Positions 21,680 through 32,933 of a stretch of 64,000 nt of DNA are shown one piece after another. Every line of letters starts with the position of its first letter. The stretch's first letter is position 1. The DNA comes from a virus: the IMG/VR virus record IMGVR_UViG_3300038393_003172, positions 1-64,000 of that record. One strand, written 5' to 3'. Below the pieces are notes generated by a model. The model had not been told where the DNA came from and did not search any database. It saw only the letters and a list, made by a program, of their open reading frames with translations. A program made the position numbers and the translations under genes.

Positions 21680-22630
21680 TCACTTCCGGCCGCCTTTCTT
21701 GGTAGCGGGCTTGGTAGCCACTGGCTTGGCCTTCGCGCTGGGCTTGAGCGCTGGCTTGGCCTTGTCCTGCACGGCCTCGGAGGCCGCATCGGATTCGCCC
21801 GGCGCCGCATCGGAATTCTGGTTTTCTGCATCGTGCTGGGCGTTTTCTGCATCAACCGCAGCCTGCAGTGCCTCAATCGGGGTCTGCGGCGCATTGGCTG
21901 GCGGCGTTGCTGCCTCGGGCACGGCGTCGATCTGCACGCGCGGCTGTGCGCCAGCGTGCCAGTCCGTCCAGCCCTGCGTCCACTGGAACACCAACTCGTG
22001 TCGCACGCTCGGGCAGGCTTCCTTGGGCAACTCGCGCTCGGCGGCGACCCAGCCGTCTCGGTATGCCTGGTCAAGCTCGGTCTGCAGCGGCATGTGCGGC
22101 AGCGCCGGCACTTCCTTGAATTCCGCGTCGATCACATCGCCTGGCTGGTAGGCGCCCTCCATGCCCTTGCCGTCGCCGTTCGGGTCGTACTCGTGGCCGA
22201 GGTCCATCGCGCGCTGGTCGGGTTCGCCCTTCACACCCTCGGTGTCGCCCATGTGATCCGTGGCTGATGCGACGATGACCAGCACCTCCTGGCCTTGCGA
22301 GTCGAACAGCTCGTGGCGGGCCGGGCAGGTCTTGCTGAACACGAGGCTGCCCTTGATGCCGCTCTTGGTGTTTGCGAAGTTCTCCAGCACCGCCGGAACC
22401 GCTGTGCGGTTGTTGCTGGCGATCAAGTGAACGGCCATCGTGACGGCGGCCTCCACGGCGGTGCGCAGGCGGCCAATGACGTCGTCCTGCTTGTTCTTGG
22501 TCAGCTTGGGCCAAACGTCCGGCAGCATCCGGCACTCCATCACCAGCCGCTCCAGCAGGTCGCGGCCGATGGTGTTGGCCGTCATCTGAAGGGTCTGCTT
22601 CATATCGTCTTGAGAATCACGAGCGCCCAT
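21680..22630 (-). CDS. Phage protein with a C-terminal Rmf/CrpP-like motif
   Basis: LDQAYRDGWVAA...KEACP.....QWTQGW resembles ribosome modulation factor; Lys/Pro/Ala-rich tail. Confidence 0.55.
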   Translation of the reverse strand: MGARDSQDDMKQTLQMTANTIGRDLLERLVMECRMLPDVWPKLTKNKQDDVIGRLRTAVEAAVTMAVHLIASNNRTAVPAVLENFANTKSGIKGSLVFSKTCPARHELFDSQGQEVLVIVASATDHMGDTEGVKGEPDQRAMDLGHEYDPNGDGKGMEGAYQPGDVIDAEFKEVPALPHMPLQTELDQAYRDGWVAAERELPKEACPSVRHELVFQWTQGWTDWHAGAQPRVQIDAVPEAATPPANAPQTPIEALQAAVDAENAQHDAENQNSDAAPGESDAASEAVQDKAKPALKPSAKAKPVATKPATKKGGRK

Positions 22631-23055
22631 CGCGGGCTCCTTTCATCGTTGGTGGGACTGGACGGCGCGTGCTCTATCGGCCGCGCTCGCTGCCCCGGGT
22701 TTCAGCAGTTGCCAGTGAGAAGAAATAGGGCGGCGGCCTAAGCCGCTCGCGCCGAGCAATTCCTGCGGAGTCGTGGAAGCAGGACGGAGGGAGGAAGCGG
22801 CGCTCGGTACGCTGGGATCGCCCAGGAACAGTTACTTGGCCAGTGCGGTCTTGATGACCTGCTTGGCTGTTTGGTAGTGCTTGCCCTCGGGGGCTCCTTC
22901 CGCGTAGCTGGTCATGCGCTTGCTGCCTGGCCAGTAGTGGACGTTGACCGCGCCGCCGATCACCAACACCCGTCCGTCCGGGTATTCGATGAGCTGCAGT
23001 TCTTCCTCGCGGGCGAGGCGGCGCAGTTCCTTGACTTCTGGATGGAGCTTTGCCA

Positions 23056-24387
23056 TCAGGCGCCTCGCGTGCCGCGCTTGGAGGCTGGCGCAGGTGCAGG
23101 GGCTGGCGATGCGTCGCCGATCAGCGAGACTTGGCCACTGGCGCCGGCCTGCCGGTCCTCAACCTCGGCGCGCAGCCGCTGGTACATGCCGGTCAGCATT
23201 TCGCGCGCGTCCTCGTCCTGCACGTCGCGCAGCTCGTCGGCTTTCAGATCCAGGGTGTCGAGGTCGTTCTTGTCGGCCGCGGCCTGCATGCTCTCGGCGA
23301 ACTTGTCAGCGTTGAAGGTCGGGGGCTCGGCCTGCTGGCGCTGCTGCTGCGCCGGGGCCTGCGCGGGCGTCTGCGCCTTGTAGTTCTGCGGCACGGCCAC
23401 CTGCACGCGCTCGGCGCGCTCCTGCATGATCGGCATGTGGCTCACGTCCACCGCCGGGGTCTGCGGCGCCTCCAGCGCGGCCTGCTGATCGTCAGCGTGG
23501 GGGCCGGCGTCGGGTATGTCCGCGTCGCCGCCCACCACGGCGCGCGCTGCATCCGGGTCTTCGAAGGCCCGCATGTCAACGGCGCCCATGTCGGCCCTGT
23601 TGTCAAGCTCAGCGGCCACAGCCAGCGCGTCGCCGCTGGAAATCGGCAGGATCTTGGCGTGCTTCTTGATGGCCGATTTGGCAGCCATGTCATCGAACCA
23701 CATCACCCAGGGCGTTTCGTCCAGCTTCTTGCGGTTGTAGGGCGTGGCGTCCTCTGCCACCTTGCCGGTCAGGCTGACGTAGGTTTCGCTTTTGCTGCGG
23801 ATTTTGTGAATTTCCTCCAGCGGCAGAATGCAGGCGGTTTCCTCGCCCGAGGCCAGCATCACATGCGAGAAGGCGCCGATGGGATCGCCACGGTCGCGCA
23901 TCGTCTTGGCGTAGCGCAGGAAGGTTTCGCTGCCCTGCATGTGCTCGAAGAAATCGTTCGCATGCACCGTTTCGGCGGTCAGGCGCTTGATGTGCGGCGA
24001 GCGGTAGGCCAGCGTCACGAAGCCGCGCGCGCCGATCTGGAATTGGCACTCGTAGTACTCGACCCACTGGTTGCCTACCTTCTTCTTCTTCTTATAGGGA
24101 AGGAGGAAAGCCTGCTGCTGGATGGTGTTGGGCTCCAGCCCCAGCGCGGCCGAGGCCATCATTGCGCCAAGCACCGAGTGCGGGTCGCACTGCAGCAGCA
24201 GCGGCGTTTTTTTCACCGCGTTGATGCACAGGCTCACCATGCGCTCGGGCGTCATGATCTTGCCGGCCACCGCCGCGATGCCCTTCTTGAAGCGGTCGCT
24301 CTGCATCATGTCGAAGATGCCGCGGGGTTGCTGCGGGGCCTGGGCCGCCGCCCCGGTGGCTACGGCTTTCAGTGCTTGTGCGCTCAT
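23056..24387 (-). CDS. recT: RecT-family ssDNA annealing recombinase
   Basis: L.QCDP.SVLGAMM.SA.LGLEP, AFLLPY, CQFQIG.RG...LAYRS, PW..WFDDMA.KS.IK...K.LP. Confidence 0.92.
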   Translation of the reverse strand: MSAQALKAVATGAAAQAPQQPRGIFDMMQSDRFKKGIAAVAGKIMTPERMVSLCINAVKKTPLLLQCDPHSVLGAMMASAALGLEPNTIQQQAFLLPYKKKKKVGNQWVEYYECQFQIGARGFVTLAYRSPHIKRLTAETVHANDFFEHMQGSETFLRYAKTMRDRGDPIGAFSHVMLASGEETACILPLEEIHKIRSKSETYVSLTGKVAEDATPYNRKKLDETPWVMWFDDMAAKSAIKKHAKILPISSGDALAVAAELDNRADMGAVDMRAFEDPDAARAVVGGDADIPDAGPHADDQQAALEAPQTPAVDVSHMPIMQERAERVQVAVPQNYKAQTPAQAPAQQQRQQAEPPTFNADKFAESMQAAADKNDLDTLDLKADELRDVQDEDAREMLTGMYQRLRAEVEDRQAGASGQVSLIGDASPAPAPAPASKRGTRGA

Positions 24388-24389
24388 GT

Positions 24390-25361
24390 TCACAGTCCTT
24401 TGGTGTCGAATGCCTTGAGGGAGAAAACGCGGCTTTCCCAGGTGCGGGTGAATGCCTTGGCAATGTCCGGGTGGGCTTCCTTCAGCCCGGTTTCATCCAA
24501 GTACTTGCCGCTGCGGTGCTTCCAGTCCAGGGCCTTCTTGCCGTTGGGCAGGATCAGCTCGCCGCATTCGCCCATGGCGCGCTTGATGTCGAATTCCAGC
24601 GCCTCGGCCTCGGCCTCGCATGCCTTGGATTGCTGCTGCAGCGCGCGCAGGCGCAGAACCTTGGAGGTCAGGTCGGCATCGGCGAGCAGCGCCGGCACGT
24701 CCGATTGCTTGGCGTACATCCTGGCTATGTCAGCCAGGTCGATTGGCGGCGGAGGCACGCGCGCAAGCACATGGTTGTTCCAGAAGGCCAGGCCGTGCGC
24801 GCGCAGCGCGGCAATAGTTTCGTCATCACCCATCACCGGGTAGGTACGCAGCTCGTCCGCGCCGAAAAGCGCGGCCAGCATCCCTTTACGGCGGCGCGTC
24901 ACGCCCATGCCCCACATCACCTGCGCGGTGTAGTGAATGGGCAGGTCATCGGTGCCCGATTCGCCCCATTCCTTTGTCTTGAATGGGTGGACAGTCTTGA
25001 GTTCCGCGTTCCAGATCTCCGGGTCGCCGTCCAGCCGCAGTTCAAAGTCGATTTCCGAGGCCATGAAGCCGTACTCAGCGTCTTGGTAGCGGCGGTTGCT
25101 CGCCACGATCTCCACGGTGTGGCCTTCGTCTTCCAGGCGCTCCACCAGCATTTCGGCCACCGCGCCTTCCCACCGCTGGCCTCGGCGCAGCGCGCCCTTG
25201 TTCTTAACCTTAGTTTCAGCAGCAGGCGCCGTCTTTTTCTCGTAGAGGGCCATCGGCGTTGTCCACGGGCTGATGCCCATCACCGCGGCTATGTCGCTGC
25301 CGCCCAGCCACTGGCTGCGTTGGGTTTCTGGCGCAAGGAGGGTCAGTTCGCTCATGTCCAT
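24390..25361 (-). CDS. YqaJ-like (lambda Exo family) viral exonuclease
   Basis: LGGSDIAAVMGISPW.TP..LY.KKT; ELKT; P.HY..QV..M; adjacent to recT. Confidence 0.92.
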   Translation of the reverse strand: MDMSELTLLAPETQRSQWLGGSDIAAVMGISPWTTPMALYEKKTAPAAETKVKNKGALRRGQRWEGAVAEMLVERLEDEGHTVEIVASNRRYQDAEYGFMASEIDFELRLDGDPEIWNAELKTVHPFKTKEWGESGTDDLPIHYTAQVMWGMGVTRRRKGMLAALFGADELRTYPVMGDDETIAALRAHGLAFWNNHVLARVPPPPIDLADIARMYAKQSDVPALLADADLTSKVLRLRALQQQSKACEAEAEALEFDIKRAMGECGELILPNGKKALDWKHRSGKYLDETGLKEAHPDIAKAFTRTWESRVFSLKAFDTKGL

Positions 25362-26322
25362 GGTTCAGACCCCCGCCTTCTTCACCAGCTTGAGGTTCTT
25401 GCGCTGGATCTGCGCAGGCCAGTTCCATGCGGGGTGATGCACAACGGTGATGTCGCCGCTCAAGGAAACCACGACGCCCACCAAGCCCGTGAGCGTTTGC
25501 ACCTTGTCTCCCACGCGCAGCGGCTCAAATTCCTGCGCCGCCTCGCTGGGCGAGAGCACGCCGGCCTCGGCCCCAGCCAGGCCCATGGCCTCACGCTCGT
25601 CGTCGCCTTCGGCCGGTTGCAATGCGTCCCGCAGCTCGGCCTGGTTCAGCGTGCGCAGGTTCTCGGGCAACAGCAGCAACCGGTTGCCGTCGACCTCGAC
25701 ATAGACGCCATGGCCGTCCTCGCTGTGGCCGTCAACGCGGCCAATCAAACCTGCCACAGCCTTTGCCAGCTCAAGGGTAAAGGGCCATGGGTCTTGCAAC
25801 CACAGCGCATCGACCATGTCGGTGATGCGAACCATTGCGCCGGGGACGAAGGCCGCCGCGCTGCGCGCTTCTTCGGCCGCGCGCTTGGCGTCCATTTCCG
25901 GCGTGGGCTCGGTCTTGGTAGCGCGCATGCGCTGCAGCACCTGCTGGTTGTGCGTGGGCACCATCTTGGGCACGTACTCCATGCGCCCATCGGGCCCGGT
26001 CTTGAACGTGCCTTGCGGCGTCGTGCGCTGCGTCTGCTCCTTGAGGCGCTGCTGCAGATCGGGCTTGGGCTGGCTCTTGTGGGCGCCGCTGTAGCGGTTG
26101 CCGGTGACGGTTCCGAGGGACATGGCGACTCTCCTGTGCGTGTGGTTGCGGATCAGGCCTTGAAGGCGTCCTTGGCCTTCGTCCACAGCTTCTTGGCGCC
26201 GCCGTAGCGCGCGCCGACCTCGGCGCCGATGGCAAAAATCACCACGGCGGTAAGCAGTTCTCCGAGCATTGGGGCTCCTTTATGGAAAGGGCGGCCTCGG
26301 CCGCCCGATGCGGGTGAAACGC

Positions 26323-26934
26323 TTAGTCGGCGATGGCCTTGAGGACCACTTCGGCGGCGCTGCCGGCGGCCATCAGCTGTTCCATCGTGCAGGTGTCCAC
26401 GATGTCGAACTTGGGCTTGTTGCCCAGCGCATCGCTCAGGTTGTCGTCCAGTTCCTTCAGGAAGGCGCCGGCACCCGCGTCATTGCCGATCTGCACCAGC
26501 AGCAGCGTGAGGTCGTCGTCATTGGCTTGGCTGTTGGCCTGGTCGATGATCACCTTCTTGACCGCGGCCTTGTCGTCGGGTTCGCCGTCGAAGAAGAACA
26601 CGATGAAGTCCTTCTTCTCGCTTTTGCCGGCCAGATTGAACGCGGCCTGCAGCCAAAGGTGCATCGGGGTGGAGCCGCCCGGCTCGGTGTCGAACAGTTC
26701 GGCTACATCGTTCGCGCTGGCGCCGTCCTTGACCACCGGGCTCATGCCCTTGCCGATCACCACGCCCAGCCCGTCGCTGTCGATCTTGGAGAGCGAGTGG
26801 GCGAATCCGAAGGCGGTCTCCTTCATGTAGGCGTTGCGGGTCAGGTCACCGGGGCAGTCGTTGCGCAGCGTGGAAGCGGAAAAGTCGCCGCCCACAACGA
26901 AATCGAACTCTTGCAGTTTGGTGATGTCGCTCAT
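26323..26934 (-). CDS. vWA (MIDAS) domain protein
   Basis: DFSAS (DxSxS), GSTP, FFDGEPDD, LVQIGND. Confidence 0.8.
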   Translation of the reverse strand: MSDITKLQEFDFVVGGDFSASTLRNDCPGDLTRNAYMKETAFGFAHSLSKIDSDGLGVVIGKGMSPVVKDGASANDVAELFDTEPGGSTPMHLWLQAAFNLAGKSEKKDFIVFFFDGEPDDKAAVKKVIIDQANSQANDDDLTLLLVQIGNDAGAGAFLKELDDNLSDALGNKPKFDIVDTCTMEQLMAAGSAAEVVLKAIAD

Positions 26935-28768
26935 CAGGTTCTTTCTCATCTGCCGGCGTGGAATGGGGCCGCCGGCATGCCCCGTTGGGAAATCAGTAGA
27001 GGCTCAGGTACGAGAGGCCAAACAGCGCCACTGCGACAACCGCAGGCCAGAACAGCGCCACCTTGTCCAGATGTTTTTGGGTGATCGCCATTGCTACTTC
27101 CATCTCAGCAGGCCGCGCAGCACGCTCAACAGGTCGCGCAATCCGAAGCCGCCGCCACTGCAGTAGTCGGAAGTCAGCCCACCTTTGCAGCGTCGGCCGC
27201 ACTGGAAGCACGCACCCATCTGAGCCGCGGCAAGACGCGCTTGCTGGGAAGGGCTGGGTTGCAGTCGGATTTCACGCATGGCGGACCTCAGTGGTTCAGT
27301 GGGTCGCGGGCGGGGCAGCCGCTGCCCTGCCGGCATTGCCAGCCGTACTTGCACGGCGGGCAGCCGGGGTCTGACGCAGCTTCCTGTTCCGTTTCGGTGG
27401 CGCACTGGCGCTCGTGGTCTGCCAGTTCGGCGTCCACGCGCGTCGGGTTGATCTCGCGAATAAAGGCCAGGATGCGAATGGCCTTCTGATGCATGGCAGC
27501 GCTCATTCCGGCACCCGCAGGATCGGGTTCACGACCAGGGCCAGCGACGTGCGCGCAGCCTCACTGAGCACCGCCAGTTGCCCGCGCAGCTCGTCGTCAT
27601 CGAGCGAGCTGGCGTCCTCGCCGAGCCGCACCAACGCCAGCGCCAGGGAATGCAGGCTCGGGCTCGCAGCGAAAAGGGCGGCCACTGCCTCCGCATTGAT
27701 GCGGTACTCGCGGTCCTCGCCCAGCAGGCTCACCACCACGCCCAGCAGCGCGTCCTTGGTGCCGAAGCGCCCGCCCACCTCGGCAAACACGGAGCGCCGA
27801 TAAGCCGCGTCCAGCTTGTACGGACCCTCGGGGAAGCGGGCCTGGAACAGTACCGAGGCTCGAGTGTCCTTGGTGTCGTTGACGGCGAGACTGTCAGTGC
27901 AGCGGCGACGGGGCCACGAAAAAAGGGCTGCCATTACTGATGCTCCTTGGGGGTGGTAACGCGCAGGAATACGCGCAGGGCGTACTCCATGTGGTCGCGT
28001 AGTGAGTCGCCTGAGGGCAGGTTTCCGAAGATCGCCTGCAGATGGCTCATGGTCCCGGGCATGGCGGCGACCACAGCGATAGGGGCTAATGCCTTGAGCA
28101 GCGCCTTCTCGCGGTTGCTGAAGGCGTCCGACGCCACGGCCTCGGCCAGCAGTGCGTCGATTTGCAGCGGTGAGGCGTCCATTACGCAGCCCGGCGGTTT
28201 GCGTAGTGCTGCGCATCCAGCGTGCGCTGGTACGTGTCAGCGGCCAGGGATGCGCTGTAGGCGCAGGGGGGGTGCAGCGAGAGGGGTGTGTCGTGCGCGA
28301 CTTGGCTGTCGGCGGCCACGGCCTGGGCCTCCCAGGCGCTCACTTGCTCGGCGCTGAAGGGGGTGCGCTCGCCGATCAGCACCTTGCGGCAGCCGCTGGC
28401 GTCGGGGATGTGGCAGTGGTAGAGCCTGGCGAACGGTGCGCCGTCATCTGTAAAGGTCTGGTACTCGATCCACACCTTTTTGCCGGCGCCCTTGTCGCCG
28501 ATATAGGCTTCCATCAGCCTCCAGCCTGGGGCGCACTGCGGAATTTGCGCTTGTTTTGCGCGCTCCGCATTTTCTATATACCGCTCCAACGAAGCCTCCA
28601 GATATGTCGCGCGTGCCGCGTAATAGGAGGCTTCCGCTTTTTCCGTGCTGCCAGGGAAATCAGCGAGTGATTGAGCCTTGGCATTTTGGCCTGCGGTATG
28701 CGCGCGGGCCATAATTTCTTCAAGTTTGCTCACCACAACCTCCATACGGTATTTCGACCGCATGGATG

Positions 28769-28810
28769 CAGTGTAGCGCCGCGCTACGTGTATAGCAAGC
28801 GCCGCGCTAC
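28769..28810 (-). promoter_or_regulatory. Leftward early promoter (PL-like) overlapped by two operator A copies
   Basis: Minus strand TTGCTA-17 bp-TACACT; operators at 28773-28787 and 28796-28810. Confidence 0.8.
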
Positions 28811-29448
28811 GAAGGCTGGAGTGTTTGAATGAGGGGTGCTGACCCGGGAAAATCCCGAATTCTTTAGAAACTGAGGGTAACGGAAATGCTTCGTCCCACT
28901 ATATGGGACGTTAATTAATTGGCCATTTTGGGGATTAAACCCTTGCTGGCCGCCGCCGGGGCGCGGAAGGCGTCAGGTACGCCTGGAGATGCGTGAGAGC
29001 GTAGGCACGGTGTCCAGCCCGCAGGGGCTGAGGTTGATGAAGTCGGGGGTCAGGTTGCGCGGCGCTGACAGACGTGCCTGGGCCGCAGTACGGCTCATGG
29101 CATCGGGAATGCTTTCTTGCGGAGCCGCGCGCAGCCGCTTCCGCAGGTACTCATCGACCAGACCCTCGATGAATCCGCCGCTTTTTTGCGATCCGCTCTG
29201 GTCGATGAGCGGGTCCACGGTATTGCTCATGTGCATCTGCCCTACTGGTTAAATCACCATGAAGGGCAGTAGTTTGCCCCCATTGGCGAGGGCCGAAGGT
29301 TAGTGCTCAAGCCTACTTATAGCGTCCGGTTACAGCATGCACACAGACGCAAGTGCGAAATCCACCCAGCACACGGAATTTGTGCTTATGAAAGCTCGTT
29401 GCAAGCTTATACAGAGCGCGACACTTGCTGCACGCGGTAAGACTAGGC

Positions 29449-30162
29449 TCAGTCCTTGCGACCAGCTGCTTCCCTGTGGCCAAAGCGCATTCGGCCGACC
29501 AGGTCGTCAACTATCGCCGCTGCTGCGCCAGCTCCTTCTTGCTCTATCTTCCTCTGTACGTGCTCCACTGCGCCAACGACCATGGAGAAGTACTCAGCGA
29601 ACGTTGGTCGTATAGGAGCCTGGTCGCAGTACGCTGCGATGATGCTCGCTATCTCCAGCACCATGGTTGGTGAAAGTTGCTCGTCAGATACACCATTCGA
29701 GTCAATTGGGGAACTTTCCCTCCCCCTGGCTGGGTGCATGTAAGCCGTCAGTTGCTTGCCTGATGCGCTTACTTTGTCGCCTGGTAGGTCGTTGTCGAAC
29801 CATGCGTAGCAAAGACCTGGAACCTTGCTCTCCAGTCGGCGAGCTAAGTCGTCACCGACCTGGGGTATGCGTTTGCCGCCCTCCTTGCGTTTGGATGGCA
29901 ATGGGTTCTCGTTGATGATCTGTCGCAGGTAGGCCTCCGACACTTCGCCCCACTCGGCAACCTTCGGCCGGCTGTGTCGCTCGCATAGCCACACGAGCTT
30001 TCGCTTGCGTCGATCTGCGCTCGTTTCCCAATGAGCCCGTGCCTCCCAATCGGGAGGTTCGCAATGTTCAGTGACGGCTTGGCCGGAGGCTCCGTCTTCC
30101 TCGTCGTCGGCGAGTCTGTGGATGCGACTGATGTAGCCGTGGGCATTGCGGGCACGTTCCAT
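29449..30162 (-). CDS. cI-like phage repressor (HTH, no S24 peptidase domain)
   Basis: RRKRKL...KVAEWGEVSEAYLRQII...VGDDLARRLE...L...WFD pattern; lies between the divergent early operons; start taken at MERAR. Confidence 0.65.
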   Translation of the reverse strand: MERARNAHGYISRIHRLADDEEDGASGQAVTEHCEPPDWEARAHWETSADRRKRKLVWLCERHSRPKVAEWGEVSEAYLRQIINENPLPSKRKEGGKRIPQVGDDLARRLESKVPGLCYAWFDNDLPGDKVSASGKQLTAYMHPARGRESSPIDSNGVSDEQLSPTMVLEIASIIAAYCDQAPIRPTFAEYFSMVVGAVEHVQRKIEQEGAGAAAAIVDDLVGRMRFGHREAAGRKD

Positions 30163-30182
30163 GCCGGCATTGTCCCCTTTCC

Positions 30183-30269
30183 GTAGCGCGGCGCACCCTG
30201 GGAGAAGCGCGGCGCTACGGTCGCTTTTCTGCGGATCGCCTTGCTGCCCTCGTAGCCCGGCGCTACAGT
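30183..30269 (+). promoter_or_regulatory. OR-like region: three degenerate operator A copies and a rightward promoter
   Basis: Sites at 30183-30197, 30204-30218 and 30252-30266; TTGCTG(30241)-17 bp-TACAGT(30264). Confidence 0.8.
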
Positions 30270-30948
30270 GCGCGCCATGCAGTATGTCGCCACCAGCCTC
30301 CATGGCACCATTAAGAACCCAGGGTGTACTACCCTGCAGGTTTTGAATGGTGGCGAGTGCCAGCTGTTTCAGAAATATCGCTTCAGCAGATGTTTCGTCG
30401 AAGCTAGATTTCCCGGGGCTCTTTTTGAATTTCATCGGAGTGAACTGCTTAATTTTTCGGCCGCAAAGGCGGGCTTTGTAAGGCCGGATTGGCAAAGAGC
30501 AGTTGGCATGCCTGCCTACCCGTGGGGACATTGGCCGAGCACATCGTCCCCGCAGTCCCAAGCGGAGGCCATTTCTTATTGGCCTGAAGCGCACGGTACA
30601 CCGGGCGTAATACCCAAAGCAAAGCCAAGCCTTCCCCGGATGTTGGCATTTGCAACCTCATGGCACCGCAGCCGCCCTCACGCCACACGCTGGTGTGGAA
30701 AACATTTTGTTGGGAATACGCCCCCGATGGGGGAGGTAGTTACCACTCGTCTGCACCGGGCCACTACCCGAAAGCAGGCATCCATTGGTTGCGCCCCGCA
30801 ACGGAGGCGCGTTTTTTATGCAGCGGCTAGGCCGCAACCGAAAAGACAGCGTTCCGGGCTGTCCTGCCGCTGCACCCCTTCTGTCCGGAGTCTGTGCGGA
30901 GCAGACATAGATGAAACAGCAGTCAAACACTGCGGATAGGGGGCTCGC

Positions 30949-32076
30949 ATGAGCCGCTTCCGCAAGATCGAGTCCCGCATGTGGTCCGACGACAGGTTTC
31001 GAGCTCTATCCCCCATGCTCCCCAGCGGGCAAGGCTTGTGGGTTTTCCTACTCACCGGCCCCCATACCGGTCCGGTGCCTGGCCTTTTCCGCGCTGGCCG
31101 CGCTGGCATGGCAGAGGAATTGGGCTGGGAGATCGATGACCTCGACAGTGCATTCGCTGAAGTCGCCGCGCAGGGTATGGCGAAGGCCGACTTCAAGGCC
31201 AGGCTCGTATGGCTCCCCAACGGCCTCAAGCACAACAAGCCCGAGAGTCCCAACGTGGTCAGGTCATGGCGCGCGGAGCTTGACTTGCTGCCTGAGTGCG
31301 ACCTGAAGCGGGAGGCGCTGAAGGGGCTGCGTGCGAAGCTGGCCGACTACGGCGTTCCCTATGTCGAAGCGTTCGATGAAGTTGTGCCCAGCCGGTACGC
31401 GGACATATGCGAAACACCTTTGCCAAACACTCACGGTAAACCTTCCGGTAAGGCTTCTGGCAATGCTGGCGAAGCCATCCCGGAAGGCATCCCAGAAGGC
31501 ATGCCCGAATCAGGAGCAGGAGCAGGAACAGGAATTGACGACGACGACCCGGGCGCAGGCGCGCGCACGGGCACGCACGCGAGCGCGCCTGCGTGCGAGG
31601 GCGATCCGCTCGATGACCCGGCCGTGCCGCAGAAGCGCAGCGAGTGGAAAGCGCTGTTCGCCGAGCGCTACCATGAACTGGACATCTCCAGCGAACGTGC
31701 GCTCGACTGCATGAAGGGCTGGAAGAAGGCCGGCGTGACGGCCGGGCAGATGCGCCAGGCGATCCTGCGCGCCGAGGAACGATCCGCTGGCCCGGTGGGC
31801 TGCTGGTCGGCCTACGTCGATACGGTGCTGAACGACCAGCGCGAAGCTGCGGCCCAGGCTGCTGCGAAGGCCAGCGTGCCGCGGGCCGAGCACGGCCCGC
31901 CACGCAGCGCGGCGCCGCCTATGTGCCCTTCGCCGGATGACCGGCAGACGCAGGAGTACCTGCGCCAGCAGGCGCTTGCGCCCGATGAGAAGGAGCGTGG
32001 TCAGGCCAAGGCCAAGGCAATCCGTCAGCAGCGCGGGCTGGGGAAACCATCCCAGCCCGGAGGAGCACAGGCATGA
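30949..32076 (+). CDS. Phage replication initiator (O-like)
   Basis: SRFRKIE..MW.D..FR.LS...LW.FLLTGPHT...PGLFR; central repeat linker; position after the immunity region. Confidence 0.75.
   Translation: MSRFRKIESRMWSDDRFRALSPMLPSGQGLWVFLLTGPHTGPVPGLFRAGRAGMAEELGWEIDDLDSAFAEVAAQGMAKADFKARLVWLPNGLKHNKPESPNVVRSWRAELDLLPECDLKREALKGLRAKLADYGVPYVEAFDEVVPSRYADICETPLPNTHGKPSGKASGNAGEAIPEGIPEGMPESGAGAGTGIDDDDPGAGARTGTHASAPACEGDPLDDPAVPQKRSEWKALFAERYHELDISSERALDCMKGWKKAGVTAGQMRQAILRAEERSAGPVGCWSAYVDTVLNDQREAAAQAAAKASVPRAEHGPPRSAAPPMCPSPDDRQTQEYLRQQALAPDEKERGQAKAKAIRQQRGLGKPSQPGGAQA
31435..31535. repeat. Degenerate 12-bp repeats (possible iterons/ori) inside the replication gene
   Basis: CATCCCGGAAGG, CATCCCAGAAGG, CATGCCCGAATC, CTTCCGGTAAGG, followed by a (CAGGAG/A)n purine run. 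Confidence 0.45.
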
Positions 32077-32933
32077 GCCGCTACGAATCCGTGCGGGGGG
32101 CCTGCGATGCGGTTGCGCGCCCCATGAGTGGATCCGGCCACCTGATGACACGCCAGTGCCGCACCTGCAAGCTGCTCAAGGCCAGCGGGAAGGACGTGCA
32201 GGGGCGCTCGTGGAGCTTCGACGGGCTGTTTTGGGACTGCCCGGCCTGCACGGCAGCAAAAGCGCCAGCCGCGGCGCCCGCGACCAACCTAAAGCCGGTG
32301 GCGCAGGCCGTTGCGCAGGCGCAGCCCGCCCAGCAGCTCGCCGAGCGCCCGCGCCACATTCACACCCCGGACGACCTGAAGGCCTGGTGCAACGTGGACG
32401 CGCAGTCCGGGTGCTGGCACTGGACGGGCTGCTTCCGCAGTGACGACGGCGTGCCGCTGGTCAGCTACATCGCCGGCGATGGGCGGCACAGGCGCGAGCG
32501 AGGGCGCCGCGCCGCGCTGAACATCGCGCGAAAGCAGCGGGTGCCTGATGGTCACCTGGCCTGGGCCAAGGTCAGGTGCCCGAGCGAGGACTGCGTAAAC
32601 CCAGCGCACGCTATGAGCGGGTCCCGTACCCAGAAGATGAATTTCATGCGCGGGCACGGCATGCTCGATGAGCAGGCGAAAAGGCTGCGCGGGTTCAACA
32701 GCCAGCGCCAACGAATATCCGCTGAGCAGGCTGTCGAACTCAGGCGCGTCATAGAAGCTGGCCACGCCACAGCGGACGAGCTGGCGGCCAAGCTCAACGT
32801 GAGCCCTACGACCGTGGGTGCCGCCAAGCGCGGGGAGCGCAAGTGCGACGTGTCCGCGACCGTCGATGCGCAGCGGCTGGCCAACGTCGCCAGCATCTTT
32901 CGCCTGGGCAAGGTGATCGGTGGTGCTGCATGA
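32073..32933 (+). CDS. Degenerate HNH-like protein with C-terminal HTH
   Basis: GCWHWTG...C...DCVNPAH; ELAAKLNVSPTTV. Confidence 0.55.
   Translation: MSRYESVRGACDAVARPMSGSGHLMTRQCRTCKLLKASGKDVQGRSWSFDGLFWDCPACTAAKAPAAAPATNLKPVAQAVAQAQPAQQLAERPRHIHTPDDLKAWCNVDAQSGCWHWTGCFRSDDGVPLVSYIAGDGRHRRERGRRAALNIARKQRVPDGHLAWAKVRCPSEDCVNPAHAMSGSRTQKMNFMRGHGMLDEQAKRLRGFNSQRQRISAEQAVELRRVIEAGHATADELAAKLNVSPTTVGAAKRGERKCDVSATVDAQRLANVASIFRLGKVIGGAA

Noticed and set aside
8519-24843. Long plus-strand ORFs (8519-10135, 10332-12170, 19411-20991, 23050-24843)
   Set aside because: Antisense shadows of recognisable minus-strand genes in GC-rich DNA
30163-30594. N-terminal 144-aa extension of the repressor ORF
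   Set aside because: It runs across the operator/promoter cluster; the downstream ATG at 30162 is more plausible
30601-30617. Sixth copy of operator B (CCGGGCGTAATACCCAA)
   Set aside because: Left arm is degenerate and there is no associated -10 element
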